Source: Botryllus schlosseri | Taxonomy: Eukaryota | DNA length: 64,000 nt | Direction of reading: 5' to 3' | Assembly (NCBI GenBank): GCA_051294905.1 | Contig: CM119381.1 | Location: forward strand, 16,120,001 to 16,184,000 | Shown: in pieces, positions 62,601-64,000 of the stretch | Layout of the letters: each line of letters starts with the position of its first letter | Numbering within the stretch: the stretch's first letter is position 1 | Translations under genes and position numbers: made by a program | Notes under the pieces: model-generated | What the model saw: the letters and a program-made list of their open reading frames with translations, nothing else | Database searches by the model: none | What the model was told of the DNA's origin: nothing

Positions 62601-63642
62601 ATCTTGGGGAGAATTAGCATACTGTAAACAGAGGATTCGGTTGAATAAACAGGATAGACAGAAAAATAAACAAGCTACACTTTGTGAACTAGATCACAGC
62701 CAATTATATTTTCTGTCTTTGTCGAATCAACAATGAGTACGTCTTATACACAGCGATACAAACCTCTTCCATTTGCGCAATTTTTTGTTGCTTCACGTCC
62801 AATTGCTCTTGTAGCGGTAGAGTAGCTTTCTCCAGAACAGACTGCACGGATGGGATAGCGAGCACATCGTCTTCGGACAAAGTATAATAATCTTCAGGCG
62901 CAGACTCAACTACTTCTTTACTTCTAAAATGGATGTGAAGTTGAGAAGATTGGACAAGGTGGGATCGCGTACTGCGCAGTACCTTTGATCCAATTCAGTT
63001 TGTAATTTTTCGCATGTCGATTCCAGTTCTTCGATCTTTTGTGTCAGCTGTTCGCATTCCCTGTAGTAAGACATTAGCAATTAGCACCTTGATTTGTAAA
63101 AGTCAAACGCCGGAATAACACATCTTGCTTCAATGCGTCTTAAGAGAAATATTACAGTTGCCAATATGCGTAAAAGCACCGGAGATCGGATAAAATAGCA
63201 AACCTTTGTGAAGCTCTGGGCAGTTATCAAATTCCATTGCAAATAGCATGCATCCAACTAAACCAAACTACTGTCGTAGCACTCAACGGGAAATGTATTA
63301 CAGAGGACATCAATATATGTCTTGGCTGTTTTCCCACAAATTAAGGAAACTTGCCTACTTTCAAGTACAGCAGGATGATTGTAAACGACAATGAATTTGT
63401 AGTCATGAAGAGCCAGCGATAAATTCATTGCAAGGAATTCGAAACCCAGATATTTCTCACTGTTTTTTCTCCGCTATAGATTTCAGTTGATCTTCGATAA
63501 CGGCATTCTTTTCTTGCAGAACGTTTTGCTCTTCAGGAAGGGAACCGTGTTCCTGAGGGGCGACCGCTTGCAGCATTTTCTCCACAACTACGTCACGTTC
63601 GTCGTCAGAGGCCGAGGAAGAATCTGACGACGTTGAATCATC
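44610..63642 (-). CDS. AKAP9/PCNT: AKAP9/pericentrin-family centrosomal scaffold with C-terminal PACT domain; 3' 29 exons (1548 aa), 5' end beyond the window. Exons: 63461-63642, 62983-63060, 62764-62923, 61920-62171, 61406-61609, 60545-60676, 60338-60475, 57016-57114, 56851-56952, 56299-56437, 56105-56244, 55904-56047, 55265-55390, 54988-55206, 53452-53556, 53292-53379, 52863-53076, 51838-52140, 50090-50274, 49403-49572, 48349-48534, 48039-48221, 47646-47825, 46974-47111, 46499-46638, 46350-46441, 45998-46179, 45408-45670, 44610-44712
   Basis: PACT domain RLYLRYLRAESFRKALVYQKKYLLLLIGGFQ|DCEEATLAVVAKMG...FRSAVRAVMAVSR|LKFLVKK; family motifs LLERVHNEGVQVLSLSE, RVMEQNAELVELNTRHTDEKIALRDTLRKLEEE and terminal DPSLNEYIQKLENLQHRL. 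All junctions GT-AG; 4647 nt in frame to TGA at 44610. Confidence 0.9.
46350..47111 (-). CDS. AKAP9/PCNT: PACT-domain exons of the AKAP9/PCNT gene (46974-47111, 46499-46638, 46350-46441)
   Basis: ESFRKALVYQKKYLL and RFRSAVRAVMAVSRLKFL are the two conserved PACT boxes; the first exon is absent from the ORF track. Confidence 0.92.
58079..58355. mobile_element. Nested hAT MITE, 277 bp
   Basis: TIRs CAGTGGTTCTCAACC / GGTTGAGAATCACTG; perfect TSD atctactc. Confidence 0.92.
59130..60043. mobile_element. Nested hAT element, 914 bp (same family as 18614-19529, opposite orientation)
   Basis: TIRs CAGTGGTCGGGAA / TTCCCGACCACTG; perfect TSD atatactt. Confidence 0.92.
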
Positions 63643-64000
63643 CTACAACGGAAAATTCCATTAGACGAACTTGAATCTGCCGCCTCAATGACAAATGCCT
63701 TGGGGCTGTCTGTGTGTGTTCAACCGTGACAATTTGACAGACGCAGAGGACCTAGAAATTCACAAAGACCTCGATTTGTTGTGTCTCACGGATACAGCAA
63801 ACATGTCAATACTAGATTGATGGGGTAAATATGATGTATTCGAATCATTACCCGAACGCAATAATATGCAAACACAGTTTAAAAATAGTACATTGAGCTT
63901 AAGCCATCTGTTAACCTCGATTATTCAGTTTTTCATGTCAAGGACGTCACATTTGGTGATATTATTGCTGATAAGCAATGTTCTTTTCGATTCTCTCCTA

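Overview
Eukaryotic (intron-rich, about 40% GC) animal genomic DNA, most likely an invertebrate chordate such as an ascidian. The taxon is inferred from the single Pax3/7 and AKAP9/PCNT-type genes, many 54-72 nt introns and heavy MITE load. The ORF track is mostly uninformative because the genes are spliced, so I rebuilt exon chains by hand from GT-AG boundaries and phase continuity. Four protein genes are present. (1) The 3' part of Pax3/7 (+), 6 exons from the homeobox to a terminal OAR/paired-tail exon at 10428-10549 that the ORF track misses. (2) A complete 18-exon CCDC154-like gene (-), 962 aa. (3) A complete 5-exon uncharacterised coiled-coil gene (+), 290 aa, head-to-head with CCDC154. 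(4) The 3' 29 exons (1548 aa) of an AKAP9/pericentrin-family PACT-domain gene (-) that runs off the right edge. There is one tRNA-Val(CAC) inside a CCDC154 intron. Introns and intergenic DNA hold many non-autonomous hAT elements (several with perfect 8-bp TSDs, including two MITEs nested in a third element), a foldback-type family (9-bp TSD at one copy), two tRNA-derived SINE families and a 37-bp minisatellite. No CRISPR, prokaryotic or intact transposase system is supported. I found no clearly new biological system; the best leads are listed as findings.
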